Shown: one piece after another, positions 1 to 13,410 of the stretch
Numbering within the stretch: the stretch's first letter is position 1
Layout: each line of letters starts with the position of its first letter
Position numbers and translations under genes: made by a program
Source of the DNA: Azolla caroliniana
Lineage: Eukaryota > Plantae > Polypodiophyta
Length of the DNA: 64,000 bases
NCBI GenBank assembly: GCA_043228905.1
Contig: JBHGNT010000013.1
Location: 16,120,001-16,184,000, forward strand
Direction of reading: 5' to 3'
The notes under the pieces: model-generated
What the model was told of the DNA's origin: nothing
Seen by the model: only the letters and a program-made list of their open reading frames with translations
Databases searched by the model: none

Positions 1-2829
1 TCCTGGACCGAGGTGCAAGTTTTCGGCGATCATCTTTCGGAATAAGGGCGTACGCCTCGCATCCGAAGATCCTCAGCTTGTCGTAATTCGGCTTACTGCC
101 GATCCATAGTTCCTGAGGAATTTGAAGTCCTAGAGGTCTACTTGGCGACATATTGATTATGTGTACTGCCGTGAGTAGAGCCTCTGCCCAGAAGCCATCC
201 GACAGTCCGGAGTGTTGGAGCATGGAAACTATCTGTTCTTGGATTGTCCGATTCATGTGTTCTGCAATCCCGTTTTGCTCCGGACTGTGTGGTGCCGTAA
301 ATTCACGTCGGATGCCGCGTTGTCGGCAGAATTTGACGAATTCTTCTGATTTGAACTCTCCCCCATTGTCGGTTCGAAAGCATTTCAGTTTTCGGTCAGT
401 TTGATTTTCTACCATAGCGAGCCAATCGGAGAAGATCGAGAAGACACGATCTTTGGTGCGAATTGGATAAGCCCACACCTTTCGAGTCGAATCATCAATA
501 AAACTGACGAAGTAAGAGGCACCGCCGAGAGACTGATGCGGCATTGGGCCACAGACGTCCGAGTGGACTAAATCGAGAGGTCTCGTTTCTCTTGGTGCTG
601 ATGTCGGGTGTGATGCGGCTGCTTGTTTGCCATACTGGCAATGTTCGCAGAATTGATGGTCCGAGAAGGAGAGTTTAGGGATGTATCCGGCTCTAGATAG
701 GTGCGTAATGCCGGCCTTGCTGAGGTGTCCTAATCTTTTGTGCCATAGTGATGACACAGGAATATCCACCAAAAACAGGTTACCCTCTCTGAGCGTAACA
801 TGTAACGGATACAGTGAGTGTATCTTGGGTCCTCTAGCAAGCAGGAGGTTCCCCCTGTGGAGTGTCCACCCTCCCGAAGAAAAACCGGCACGAATGCCGT
901 CTTCATCTAGTTGTCCGACTGAGATCAATGGCCTTGAGAGCTCGGGTACATGTCAGACATTGTGAAGTACAAGTGTAGAGCCACCTGCAAGGTTGAGCTC
1001 TACTGTGCCGATTCCAATGATGTCACAGTGTTGCGAGTTGCCGACTCGAACTGAATCGGAGTGACGGATCGTATATTGCCGAAATTGGGATCGATGAGGA
1101 GTCACGTGAAATGACGCGCCCGAATCTAAGAGCCATGTGCTCGATTCTTCAGTCGTGAGCAGAACTTCTGATCCGACTGGATTTTCGATTGATAGTATAT
1201 TCGGGTCGTTTGGTAGCACATCAGCTGAGGAGCTGACGTAATTGATCTCCTCATGCCGGCCACTCTTTTTGTCTGATTTCTGAGACTTGTCGTTCTTGTT
1301 CTTGAGTGCGCGGCAGTCGGCTTTGATGTGTCCGGGTTTCTTGCAATAGTTGCAGATTCGATTATCCCGTGACTGGCTCCGTCTTCGCTGATTGTTCGGC
1401 TGCCGTGAGGAATCTCTTCCTCGTATGTTCGATCGGTCTGTCGAACCTTGTACACGGTTGTGACGAAAGTTTCCCATGATGAGGGAAGGCTGCTCATGAG
1501 TATCATTGCTCTGAGTTCATCCTCAATTGCCGTCCCCTGTGACGAGATTTGGGAGCTTATGCTTTCGTACTCATTGAGGTGTGCTTGAACCGAATCGGAT
1601 TCTTTCATCCGCAAGTTGTAGAGGCGCCGGATCAGAAACATCTTCGTTGCGGCGACCTTCTTTTCGTAAGTGTCCGACAGTGTTTTCCACAGTTCGAATG
1701 CTGTCGTACACGATTGCACCGTAAAGTATACCGATTCCGATAGGTGCATCCGAATCGTGGCGCGGACGATTCTGTCCAGCTTCTGCCACTCAATTGGTTT
1801 GTATCCTTCTGGAGGTTCTTCATTTTCGATGGGATCGATTTGCCCCTTGACTATGAGATAGTCCTGCATTTGCTCCTTCCAGAAGTTGAAGTTCGATCCA
1901 TCAAACTTTTGTAGACTCATTTCTGACGAACCGGATGTTGATGTCATGACTCTGCCCTAAGTCGGCTACGAACTTTGGTGAAGTGCAGCGATTTGGCCCA
2001 CTCAGTGTCGTTCTAGCCGGAGTTGGACACAAGTGATGTTGATTACGGAGAATCGGGGATTTGGTTCGGATTGACTACCGACAACTGTCTTAGTCGAGTT
2101 GAACCTAGATTTAACGATCCGACAGTACTTCAAGCCGATTCGGTTTCGGTTGACTGCAACAGTGAGAGCAATGGAACCGACTGGTCCTTCCGATTATTGT
2201 CCAATCGAATGAAACACGAACTGGGGTTGTCCTTGAAGTCGTCGTTGTGCAGAAAGCCCACCTCAAGCAGTTACGATCAGGGAAGTAGAGTACAGCCGAC
2301 TGGCTTACTCCGAGTGATGATCTAACGCAGCGAGATTCAAGCTTGTGTTTGCCTACTTTCTTCTCTGTTTCTTCGAATGACGCAAGAGGCCGGATGCTTT
2401 GCAGACTAGGATGAAGCGAAAGGCCGAATACTGTGCAGGCTGTGATGAAGCGAAGAACCGAATGCTGTGCAGGCTGAGACGACGGCCGACAGCGGGTTGA
2501 GGAACCTTGCTCTGATACCAAATGTTGAAGACAAGGCCGTCAATGCGGAAGATCAAGTAGCATTCGATTCGAGTTGAGTACCTGCGTATGACAGTTTCCA
2601 CGATCGTGCACAGAGATAGAGAGAGAGAGAGAGAGGAGGAGGCACAAAAGACTCTTTCTATTCAATAGAAAACAATAATACAAAACAACCTTACAAAAAG
2701 GTTACTAGGTCACTTTATATAGTGACACACTTAGGGCAACTACCATTTATGCTAATTACACAAATGGCCCAAACTTGAGCTATACAAAGGGATAGTGTGA
2801 ATACGTCCATTATACACTTGTATTCGACA
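1..2829 (-). mobile_element. Ty1/copia LTR retrotransposon A, 5' part; continues past the window start; inserted in the integrase of element B
   Basis: 5' LTR 2523-2829 (plus-strand TGTTGAA...TTCGACA). tRNA-iMet PBS (GCTCTGATACCA on plus) at 2509-2520. Gag in ORF 1126-1947. Zinc knuckle CNYCKKPGHIKADC and protease WLLDSGASFH in ORF 953-1477. Integrase motifs below 700. A frameshifting deletion lies in gag near 1455. Confidence 0.92.
2523..2829 (-). repeat. 5' LTR of copia A (307 bp)
   Basis: TG...CA ends with a short inverted repeat, next to the PBS. The right end interrupts the element B integrase at IAYV. Confidence 0.8.
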
Positions 2830-2944
2830 CATACGCTATCGCTCCAAATATGCGGATGTGCGATAAGTCCGGCTTCTTTCCGACGTATTTTTCGTGCGGA
2901 GTGACCTCGTGCACGCCTGATGTTGTGCATCGGTTCATTAGGTA

Positions 2945-3609
2945 TGTTGGGATTACGGTCCCTCCGGATGGGATGGTCAGATGTCCGGGAATCGGGAATG
3001 AAGACCCGATTGAGGAGTACCCGGTATCGGAACCGGGATGATGAAGACCCGGTTTCGGATCCGGATGATGAAGACCCCGGCTACGGAGCCGGATGATGAA
3101 GACCCCGGCTACGGAGCCGGATGACGAATGTACCCGGAGAGAGATCCGGATGCGGGGACATATTTGTGAATATGTTTGCCAAGGGCCCTCTAGGCTATAT
3201 TTGTAAATAGCCCGAAAGTCATATGTGTATAAATATGACTTAGGGCAAACAGTTTTGTTGTTGTTGCTTATTTTTCTGTTTTCCACTTAGAGGGAGCGAA
3301 GTGAGAGCAGCCGAGAGAGAGAGTGAGAGCGAGAGAGAAAGGAAGAGGTCGACGCCTCTGTGTAATACCGCCGCCTGTGGCGAGGACAGCGAGCTCAAGG
3401 TCGTCGCCTTGCAGCTCGCCATTGTACATTCCCTGCGGATAGTGATAGTTGGAGTCTTGCACTCCCGTGGTTTTTCCCGTCTAGGGTTTTCCACGCTAAA
3501 CCCTGTGCATTCGAGTCTCTCTCTGTGTTTTCGATTTACTGCTGCATTGACTCGTGTTTCCTCGGTTGTGGCCGAGAGGTGAAGGTTTCGAAAGAGTCAA
3601 TTACTAACA
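2945..3609 (+). repeat. 5' LTR of copia C
   Basis: TGTTGG...CTAACA ends; direct repeat of 7724-8388; CCGG-rich tandem units in U3. Confidence 0.97.
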
Positions 3610-3640
3610 ATCTGGTATCAGAGCGACTGCAGTGCAGAAA

Positions 3641-6600
3641 ATGGAAGGCGGCAGCAGCGGGCAGTCGGGGATGATGGTGCTGAATGCGCAGAACTACGCC
3701 GACTGGAAGATAAAGATGGAGGATCTGCTCATTGTTCGGGACCTGTATGAACCGATCGACAGGTCGGAAATACCCAAGGGGGTACTTGAGACGGAATGGA
3801 GGCTTCTGAACCGGAAAGCCGTTGCAACCATTCGGCAATACGTCGACGTGAGCGTTCTACAACATGTGGCGAACGACACCAACGCATATGAGATGTGGCA
3901 GAAGCTGTCGGGCCTCTACGAGAGGAAGAATGCGTTGAACCAGACCTCCCTGATGAGGAAGATAGTGAACCTCAAGTACCGGGACGGCGAGAGTATGGTG
4001 GAACACGTAAGCACGTTCATGGGATTCGTGAACCAGCTTGCGGCGATCAAGTTCCCGTTGGAGGATGCAATGCAAGCCATCATGCTGATGTGTACATTGC
4101 CGGAAAGCTGGGAGAACTTGGTGGTGACTCTCAGCACCTCCTGCACCGAAGATAACTTGTCCCTACAAACGGTAAAGACAAGCATTTTGAACGAAGAAGC
4201 GCGTCGGAGAGATAAAGAACCGGCCTCCGATCCGAAGATGCTGCTTACGGAATCGGATCGGGGAAGACAACGGAACCGGAGTCCGCAAAGACGGGAGAAG
4301 TCGGGGACCCGGTCGCAGTCGAGAGGAAGGCCCACATGCTTCCACTGTGGGAAGCCGGGGCACTTCCGAAAGAATTGTCGGCATTACCGAAAAGACAACG
4401 GAGCCGACGACACCGATTCGAAGAAGTCTTCGGAACGGAACGGTGCTTACCGGGGAGCCACGGACCGGAATGGTTCGGATCGGCGAGGGCAGGACCGGAA
4501 AGGAACGACGACACTCGCGGCAAGTGAGGAAGAAATCATGCTCATCACCGAAGAAGGTGAACTAAACATTGCCGGCGATGAGACGACCTGGGTGGTCGAT
4601 TCCGGAGCATCGTTCCACCTGACCCCGGAGAGAAGATACTTCTCATCCTACACAGCCGGTGAGCATGGCTGTGTTCGGATGGGAAATGAAGGTACGTGCC
4701 GGATTGCCGGCATAGGAGACATGTGGTTGACAACCTCGACCGGATGCAAAATGTTGCTGAAGGATGTCCGACACGTTCCGGAGGTTCGATTGAACCTGAT
4801 TTCGGCCGGGAGGCTAGACGATGAAGGCTACACAGGTAGCATCCGGAACTGCGTAATGAAGTTCAGCAAGGGGAGCTTGATAGTGGCTCGGGCCCGGAAA
4901 GTCAACACACTGTACCTTATGAATGCCTGGTTGTGTCCGAAGGAGTTGAACGTGGCAGCCGACACTGCCGGTGAGCTGTGGCACAAGAGACTGTGCCACA
5001 TGAGTGAGAAGGGGATGAAGAGGCTTGCAGAAGACAACCTTATTCCAGTGAAGCATGTGCACCTGGAGAAGTGCACCGATTGCCTGGCCGGTAAGCAGAA
5101 CCGAACCTCCTTCCACTCAAGGCCACCGACGAGACGTAGCGCACCATTGGAGTTGGTGCACACTGACGTGTGTCAAGTAGAAACGAAGTCACATGGCGGA
5201 GCCCAGTACTTCGTGACATTCATTGATGACCACAGCCGGAAGCTGTGGACGACACCGTTGAAGACAAAGGACCAAGTGTTGTGCGTCTTCAAAGAACTCC
5301 ACGCGAGAGTGGAAAGGGAATCCGGCAAGAAGCTGAAATCGATACGAGCGGATAACGGAGGGGAATACCGGGGGCAGTTCGAGGAGTACTGTCGCTCGAA
5401 GGGAATCCGGCTCGAGTTTACTGTGCCGAAGACGCCGAAACTGAACGGGCTGGCCGAGAGGATGAACCGGACCATAATGGAGAGGGTCTGGAGTATGCTG
5501 GCGCATGCGAAATTACCCAAGGGGTTTTGGGCTGAGGCAATGTCGACGGCGACATACGTGATAAACAGATCACCCTCAGTACCTTTGGACGGAGACACGC
5601 CGCAGAGAGTGTGGACCGGTAGGGAAGTATCCTACCGTCATCTGAAGGTGTTCGGGTGTCTCGCATATGTGCATGTGGCAAAGGACCGGAGAGGAAAGCT
5701 AGATCCAAAGACCCGGCCATGCATATTCCTCGGTTACGGCGATGACGTGTTCGGCTACCGAGTATGGGACCCGGTCGACAAAAAGATATTCCGGAGTCGT
5801 GATATCATCTTCATGGAGGACAAGACACTCGCCGACTGGGAGTCGGAGAAGAAGATGAAGAGCTCCAAGTCGACCGGTGAGGATCAACTCTACGAGGAGC
5901 AGTCCCGACCGGCAAGGGACCGGTTAGCACTCGAGGATCCGGCCGAAGACGGTGAAGAAACAGAACCGGCCGAGGAAGATGAAACTGATACCGGAACCGG
6001 CCCCGATCCCGAAATGGATTCGGATGAAGAGGAAACGGAGGAGCCGGTTACCGAAGCTCCGGAACAGAGATATCCTCTAAGAGAGAGAAGGGCCCCCCGG
6101 AGATTTCCGGAACCAGAGCACGTGCTGCTAACCGACGAGGGGGAGCCGGAGAGTGTTGAAGAAGCAAAGCTTGACACCCATAGCCGCAGGTGGTTAAGTG
6201 CCATGCAGGAGGAGATGGATTCCCTGCATGAGAACCACACATATGAACTTGTGGAGTTGCCGAAAGGAAAGCGGGCACTTCGAAACAAGTGGGTGTTCAA
6301 GCTGAAACCGGGAGATGCCGGAAACCCCCCGAGATAAAAAGCCAGTATCGTGGTGAAGGGGTTCCAGCAGAAGAAGGGCGTCGACTTCGACGAGATATTT
6401 GCCCCGGTAGTGAAGATGACCTCCATCCGGACGGTGCTGAGCATAGCGGCATGCATGGACCTCGAGGTAGAACAGATGGACGTGAAGACGGCATTCCTTC
6501 ACGGTGACCTCGAAGAAGAGATCTACATGCAGCAACCGGAAGGATTCGAGAAGAAAGGGAAGGAGCACCTGGTATGCCGGTTGAAGAAGAGCCTTTACGG

Positions 6601-7713
6601 ACTGAAGCAGGCACCCCGGCAATGGTACCGGAAGTTCGACTCTTTCATGACCGACGAAGGGTACCACAAAACGCAGTCCGATCACTGCGTGTTTGTGAAG
6701 AAGTTCGAAGGAGGAGACTTTCTAATACTCCTCCTATACGTGGACGACATGTTGATCTTCGGACGGACCAGGTCAAGATACGGATGCTGAAGAAAGCGCT
6801 TCACCGAACCTTCTCAATGAAGGACCTGGGTCCGGCGAGGCAAATACTAGGGATGCACATCATCCGGGACCGGAAGAAGAAGCATTTGTGGTTGTCACAG
6901 GAGAAGTACGTGACAAAGGTGCTTCACCGGTTCAACATGTCGGAAGCAAGACCGGTCGGGTCAACCCTCCCGGCAAACTGCAAGTTGTCCAGCAAGCAAA
7001 GCCCCAAGACAAAGGCTGAGAAGGAGGACATGATGAAAGTACCATATGCCTCTGCCGTCGGAAGCTTGATGTACGCAATGGTGTGTACAAGACCGGACAT
7101 AGGATATGCAGTCGGAGTGGTGAGCCGGTACATGAGCAATCCCGGCAAAGAGCACTGGAACGCGGCCAAGTGGATACTCCGATACCTGAAGGGCACGGCA
7201 AACGTGTGCCTCCGATTCGGCTCCGGTAAGCCCGAACTCGACGGCTTTACCGATTCGGATATGTCGGCTGATGCAGATACCAGCCGGTCCACATCAGGGT
7301 ATGTGATGACGTATGCAGGGGGAGCTGTTTCCTGGCAGTCGAGGCTGCAGAAGACGGTTGCGTTGTCAACCACGGAGGCGGAGTACATGGCGGCTGTTGA
7401 AGCCGGCAAGGAAATAATATGGATGAAGGACTTCACTAGAGAGCTCGGTATCCGGCAGGAGGAGTATCGACTCTACTGCGACAGTCAGAGTGCCATCCAC
7501 CTTGCGAAGAATGCGGCCTATCACTCCCGGACGAAGCACATCCAGCGAAGATATCACTGGATCCGGGAAAGGATAGAAGACCAGGAGTTCGTGCTGACGA
7601 AGATCCACACGGACGAGAACGGGTCAGATATGCTGACCAAAGTGCTCACACCCGACAAGCTGGAAGCGTGCCGGAAGAAGGTCGGACTGGAAAGACATCC
7701 CATGCCGAAGTGA
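3641..7713 (+). pseudogene. Copia C gag-pol polyprotein, disrupted
   Basis: Zinc knuckle CFHCGKPGHFRKNC, protease VVDSGAS, integrase HTDV/ADNGGEY, RT YVDDML, RNase H. Premature TAA at 6335-6337 and a frameshift near 6760 split it into ORFs 3632-6337, 6350-6790 and 6574-7713. Confidence 0.95.
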
Positions 7714-7723
7714 AGGGGGAGTT

Positions 7724-8388
7724 TGTTGGGATTACGGTCCCTCCGGATGGGATGGTCAGATGTCCGGGAATCGGGAATGAAGACCCGATTGAGGAGTACC
7801 CGGTATCGGAACCGGGATGATGAAGACCCGGTTTCGGATCCGGATGATGAAGACCCCGGCTACGGAGCCGGATGATGAAGACCCCGGCTACGGAGCCGGA
7901 TGACGAATGTACCCGGAGAGAGATCCGGATGCGGGGACATATTTGTGAATATGTTTGCCAAGGGCCCTCTAGGCTATATTTGTAAATAGCCCGAAAGTCA
8001 TATGTGTATAAATATGACTTAGGGCAAACAGTTTTGTTGTTGTTGCTTATTTTTCTGTTTTCCACTTAGAGGGAGCGAAGTGAGAGCAGTCGAGAGAGAG
8101 AGTGAGAGCGAGAGAGAAAGGAAGAGGTCGACGCCTCTGTGTAATACCGCCGCCTGTGGCGAGGACAGCGAGCTCAAGGTCGTCGCCTTGCAGCTCGCCA
8201 TTGTACATTCCCTGCGGATAGTGATAGTTGGAGTCTTGCACTCCCGTGGTTTTTCCCGTCTAGGGTTTTCCACGCTAAACCCTGTGCATTCGAGTCTCTC
8301 TCTGTGTTTTCGATTTACTGCTGCATTGACTCGTGTTTCCTCGGTTGTGGCCGAGAGGTGAAGGTTTCGAAAGAGTCAATTACTAACA
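7724..8388 (+). repeat. 3' LTR of copia C
   Basis: Follows the PPT, matches the 5' LTR, and is followed by the TSD. Confidence 0.97.
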
Positions 8389-9895
8389 AGGTAGACAGTT
8401 GTATGTGCAGCTTCGGCCCAATATGACTTGGGCATATGCTTCTCGTTCATCATGGCCCACGCTACTTCGAGGATGTGCCGATTTTTGCACTCGGCTACCC
8501 CGTTTTGTTGCGGAGTGTGTCGGCAGGTGAATTCTCGCCGAATTCCTTCCTGTTGGAGATACGCCGTGAAATCGTCCGAGAAGTACTCCTTACCGCCATC
8601 CGATCAAAGGCATCGTACATGTCGGCCCGTGGCTTTCTCGACTTCATTCTTGAAATTTTGGAAGTGTCCGAACACTTCGCTCTTTTGCCGCATCAGGTAG
8701 ATCCAAGTGTGCCTAGAGAATGTTGCCGTAATATCGGCATCCGCCGAATGTAGCCGTCTGCGCCGGTCCCCATACGTCGGAATGCACTACGTCGAGTAGA
8801 CCTTTGCTCACGTTCCGCTCTTTCGGAAAAGGGTGTCGGTGTTGCTTGCCGAATTGGCACGCTTCGCATACACCTTCAATCTCCTTCTCTTTGAATGTCG
8901 GGAGTCCGATGACGATTCCTTTCGATTTCATTGCTTTGAGTTTGTTGAGATTGATGTGGCCGATTCGCTTGTGCCATAACTCTATGTCGGAGTCGGCTTT
9001 CGTGCTTTTCGCGAACATGGAGGATTTCATCTCGTGCGAATCGAGAATGAACATCCGGCCCTCTCTTCTTCCGCGTGAGATGATTCGGCCTTCTTTTTCG
9101 ATGAAGCACCCTTCTTGGTCGAATCGTACTTGCATCCCTTGCTCAACCATTTGGCCGACCGAGACCAAATTCTTTGTGATGGTGGGAACATGCAAGACAT
9201 TTTTAATGTATGTTTTCTTACCTCTTTCGCCGAACGGAACATTGCCAATGTGCCGATTCGGGTGCGTAGTGTCATCTCCGGTTTCGACATAGCCGGGTCG
9301 CTCCGGCTCTCGAAGTTCGAGAAACCATTCTTTGTGGGATGTCATATGGTTTGAGGCTCCGGAGTCAACTCTTGGACATATCCCTTTGTTGAATGTTGTT
9401 CAACTCTTGGCGGAGTTGAAGCTTCCTCGCGGTCGTGTTGGCGGCGAAAATCTTTCGTAGATTTTCCCACGCTTCCTTCGGCGTCTTGGCTTCTCGAATG
9501 TAACCAAGCATGTGGTCATGAACACATGTCACCAAACAATACATCACGCGGCTTGCGGCTTGCTCCCATGTCGCGTATCCGGGAGCCGCGTCGGTGGGTC
9601 GGTCTTCATGCGCTCCTTTGATGTAGCTCCAATAGCCTTGTCCGACAAGGTATTGGTGCATCTTGTACTCCCAAGATGCGAAGTTGTTTCAATCCAACTT
9701 CTCAGTAGGGAGAGCGCTCCCCATTTGAGTATTCATTAAGTCGATTCTTCTTCTTCTTCTTTTCTCTTCAAATGCGAGCTATGTAGAGAAGCTACGATAG
9801 CTATGAGCCGGTTCTTGGTCGTCGGCGTAGAACACAACACACGATCATGATGAGGCGAATGGGCTAGATCGAGCTACCAAATCGCTCTAATACCA

Positions 9896-10283
9896 TGTAA
9901 AGAATCAAAAGATGGATTCTTGTGAAGCGGAAGAGATGTGAGTTATGTGTGTGTGTAAGAGAGTGAGAGAGAGAGAGAGAGAGTGAAACACAGAGAAATA
10001 CGCAAGGTAAAGGTATATTGACAAAGGAGAAAGACTCAACATAATACATGGTGGGAGGAAGGTGCTTTATATAGTCACCCTCTCTCTTCATTAACTACAA
10101 GGCTCATGGAGCATGGGGAATGTGAAAGCTCATAAGTTATGTGTCATAGAATATGATCCTATGACTCATACTAAATGCTAGAATACAAAGAGGTGACTTA
10201 ATGGTGACTCTTGACCGTTGGAGTGTCTATTCACTCTCAAGGTGAGTTCACACACTAGACCAAGTTGAGCTTGATTCTCAACA
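9896..10283 (-). repeat. 5' LTR of copia B (388 bp)
   Basis: TG...CA ends with an imperfect 13-bp inverted repeat, adjacent to the PBS. Confidence 0.78.
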
Positions 10284-12819
10284 AGTACTAACTCAAGTAT
10301 CAATATACATATTAGTATTGACGCAAGTATCAATATACATATTAGTTTAGTACTAATGTCAATTGCAAGTATGTCAATTGCAAGTATTAAGTAATACATA
10401 GCAGTCTCCCAATGTCAATTGCAAGTATTAAGTAATACATAGTAGTCTCCCAAAGTATCTCAGTTAGACGGATACATACATCTGATGTAAAGTTCGGTTG
10501 CATGACAGTATATACCAGTCTTCTAAATCTTCATCTGGTATAACGAACTGTATATAACATCTCAGTTAACAATATAGAATTTTATTTGTAATCAACACAA
10601 TCATGGTTGATGGGAGTGTACCTTGGAGTGTGATAAATTCGTACCTCCCTCACCAAAGATCATTTCAGAATTAGCAATATAGAAATTCAGATTACACTAC
10701 AAGAGTTAACAATAGAATACATTTTCATTCTCTGCAATTGGCAATATAGAATTTCACATTGGTATAACTACTATATTTTGGTATACCAAATAGTTCAATT
10801 TCAGACATCACTAACAGTTCAGCTAAAGTTCAAGTACAATCGAAAGACACTGGTATAACTATTTCAGATAAATGAGACAGTATTTTGGTATACCAAATAG
10901 TTCAATTTCTCACATCACTAACAGTTCAGCTAAAGTTCAAGTACAATTGAAAGACAATCAGGCACTAGAGGGCAATTTGGCTGATCTTGTAATGCGCTTG
11001 TTGTTGGTGCCAGTTTTTTCTGATTTTACATTCTTCTTTATCTTAAAGTCTTTAGGTATCATCTGACTAAGTGGCACTTCATCATCAGAGGCATCAGAGA
11101 CAGGCGTGGATGCACGGGCACCTTGTACTAGTGGCAAGCTTGAGAGAGCAATTGTGTTTTCTGCAACTGCAATGCTTGTACACACATCCACAAAGGTACC
11201 GTCGATAGAAAAATTATCACTCATCTCCTGAATGTGGGTTGTTTTAGTACTCATGTTGTTGCTAGTATGCTCAGTCTTAGTACAATTAGGCTCATGTATG
11301 TGGGCTACAGCAATACTCCTGGCGAACTCTTGGCTGGTCATAGTCACCTCATTCTTAAGACCATTGTGCTCTCCTTCTTGGGTCAACTCCTCTTGTACGG
11401 TGGTTATCGCCTCATTCTTAAGAGAACCGTGCTCCCCTTCTTGGGTGGTCTTTATTTCCTGGTCCTCATGGGTGATGCTAGTAGGCTCCCCTTCATTAGT
11501 AACGATGTTCTTTCCACAATCCTCATGGGATTCTTTAGACACTACTAGCACATTCTCAGTACAATCAGGCTCCTCTTCAGTACTAGCGATGTTCTTTCCA
11601 CAATCCTCATGGGATTCTTTAGACACTACAGATACATTCTCAGTACAATCAGTCTTCTCTTCAATACTTGCCATATTCTTTCCACACTCCTCATGGGCTT
11701 CTTTAGACAAATTATTGTTTGTACATGCCAACTACTCTTCAAATATGAATGCTTCGTTTTTCTCACAGTCCTCATGTGTGGAAGATGTGCTTCCAGAGTT
11801 TGCCTCCATGCAAAGGTTAATCCCAGAATCTGACTCTGCACTTGTGCTCCATATAGTTCCCGATTCATTTGATTGCAATTGGGAATCAGACTGCTCTTGT
11901 AAACCTAAATAATGGGATTCCAAAGAATATTAGTATCAACTCACATACTCAAAAGTTTGCAAACATACCAACAACAATGAACGTAGGGTTAAGAGCCACT
12001 TTTTTACCTATTGTTACATCGTCATACTGTACAGCCGTAGATACCCCATTGCAAGTGGTAGGCTCGGTCATCTTCTCCACAACATCTAAGTGCTCAACAG
12101 GGTTGTTATGATCTATAGAATGCACCAAAAGCAACACTATCATAGGGTTGTTATGATCTAAATCAGTGTTTTCAAAAATCGGCTTTTGACATGTACCTGG
12201 GAGTGTGATAAATTCGTCTTCACGATCAGGTTTTGGACTCATATCTCCCTCACCAAAGATCATTTCGTCATCAGCTAGTAACACAAGTACATGGTATTAG
12301 ACAATGCATTAGGTTGACAACTCTCCAGACAGGTGAGAACATATATGACTCACCATTGCATTCAACTTTGCCTTTCTTGCCCTTTCCATACAACATTCTT
12401 GCAGCATTCCTCTTCTTAGTTGGCTCTATTTCTAAAGAAATTAGGCATTCAACACTTTCTCAAATGAGAATTAAGATATGTTGGCAAATTTTGTGTTACC
12501 TGGATTGTTTTGATGTTGACCGGAGCTTGGGGAATATGTTTGTAGAAGCATATGTTCCACTGCTCCAATGGCCCTTCTCATACATTCATCTTCATCATAA
12601 AACTCATAGGTTATTGGTAATGATGGTCCCTGAACCTTGGAATGTTCAACAGATACTGAGGGTTTAGGCACATGGGCCGGTTGTTCCATTACCTTCCATG
12701 GCGTGGAGTTGCTTGACACTACAACATTCATTGCAAGAAACCAAAAAACCTTCAAGGTTAGTACCGTGATATAAAATATACAATGTAGGTGACAAGAGCT
12801 GCATTACTAATTCATTAAG

Positions 12820-13410
12820 CTACACCTAGTTCCCATATTACACAACTAGTACTAATCGTGAACAATGTACTACTCACTTAGTTCCCAATTTACACAAGTA
12901 GTACTAATCATGAACAATGTACTGCTAACTTAGTCAAATTACACAAGGAGTACTAATCATGAACAATGTACCGTGACTCACTTAGTTGCCAAATTACACA
13001 AATAGTACTAGTTAATCATGAACAATGTGCGAATCCTGAACAATATACTATTCACTTAGTTCCTAAATTACTAAACTAGTACTAATAAGGAACAGAAGTA
13101 GTACTAATAATGAACAATGTACTGCTCACTTAGTTCCCAATTTACACAAGTAGTACTAATCATGCACAATGCACTACTCACTTAGTTCCCAAATTACACA
13201 AGGAGTACTAATCCTGAACAATGTACTACTCACTTAGTTCCCAAATTACAAAACTAGTATTGATCATGATCAATGTACTAATCACTTAGTTCCCAATTTA
13301 CAAAACTCATACTAATCATGAGCAATGAACTACTCACTTAGTTCCCAATTTACAAAACTAGTACTAATCATGAACAATGTACTACTCGCTAAGTACTAAT
13401 CGTCAACAAT
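12820..13410. repeat. Minisatellite, about 52-56-bp unit, about 10 copies
   Basis: Recurring CACTTAGTTCCCAAATTACACAA-TAGTACTAATCATGAACAATGTACTACT. Confidence 0.85.

Larger units (their letters stand above)
2945..8388 (+). mobile_element. Full-length young Ty1/copia element C
   Basis: Two 665-bp LTRs (2945-3609, 7724-8388) with one difference seen (C3311/T8090). TSD AGGTA at 2940-2944 and 8389-8393. PBS TGGTATCAGAGC 3613-3624. PPT GAAGGGGGAG 7712-7721. Domain order gag-PR-IN-RT-RH. Confidence 0.98.
2830..10283 (-). mobile_element. Ty1/copia element B, defective host of elements A and C
   Basis: 5' LTR 9896-10283 (TGTAAAGAATCAA...TTGATTCTCAACA). Degenerate PBS 9884-9895. Gag 9365-9730, with a deletion joining QQRDMS to DSGASNHM. 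Protease and pre-integrase region in ORF 8713-9345. Integrase 8394-8710 continues at 2830-2944 (YLMNRCTTSGVHEVTPHE...IAYV). Confidence 0.88.

Noticed and set aside
6335-6337. Possible programmed readthrough in copia C
   Set aside because: TAA replaces the Tyr of the conserved RYKAR motif inside RT, which is not a known recoding position. A point mutation is simpler.
153-9740. Many antisense and alternate-frame ORFs over copia A, B and C, including identical ORFs in both C LTRs
   Set aside because: They are shadows of GC-rich gag-pol and LTR sequence, with no independent motifs.
12820-13410. Regular repeat array that superficially resembles CRISPR
   Set aside because: The units are contiguous with no unique spacers, there are no cas genes, and the context is eukaryotic.
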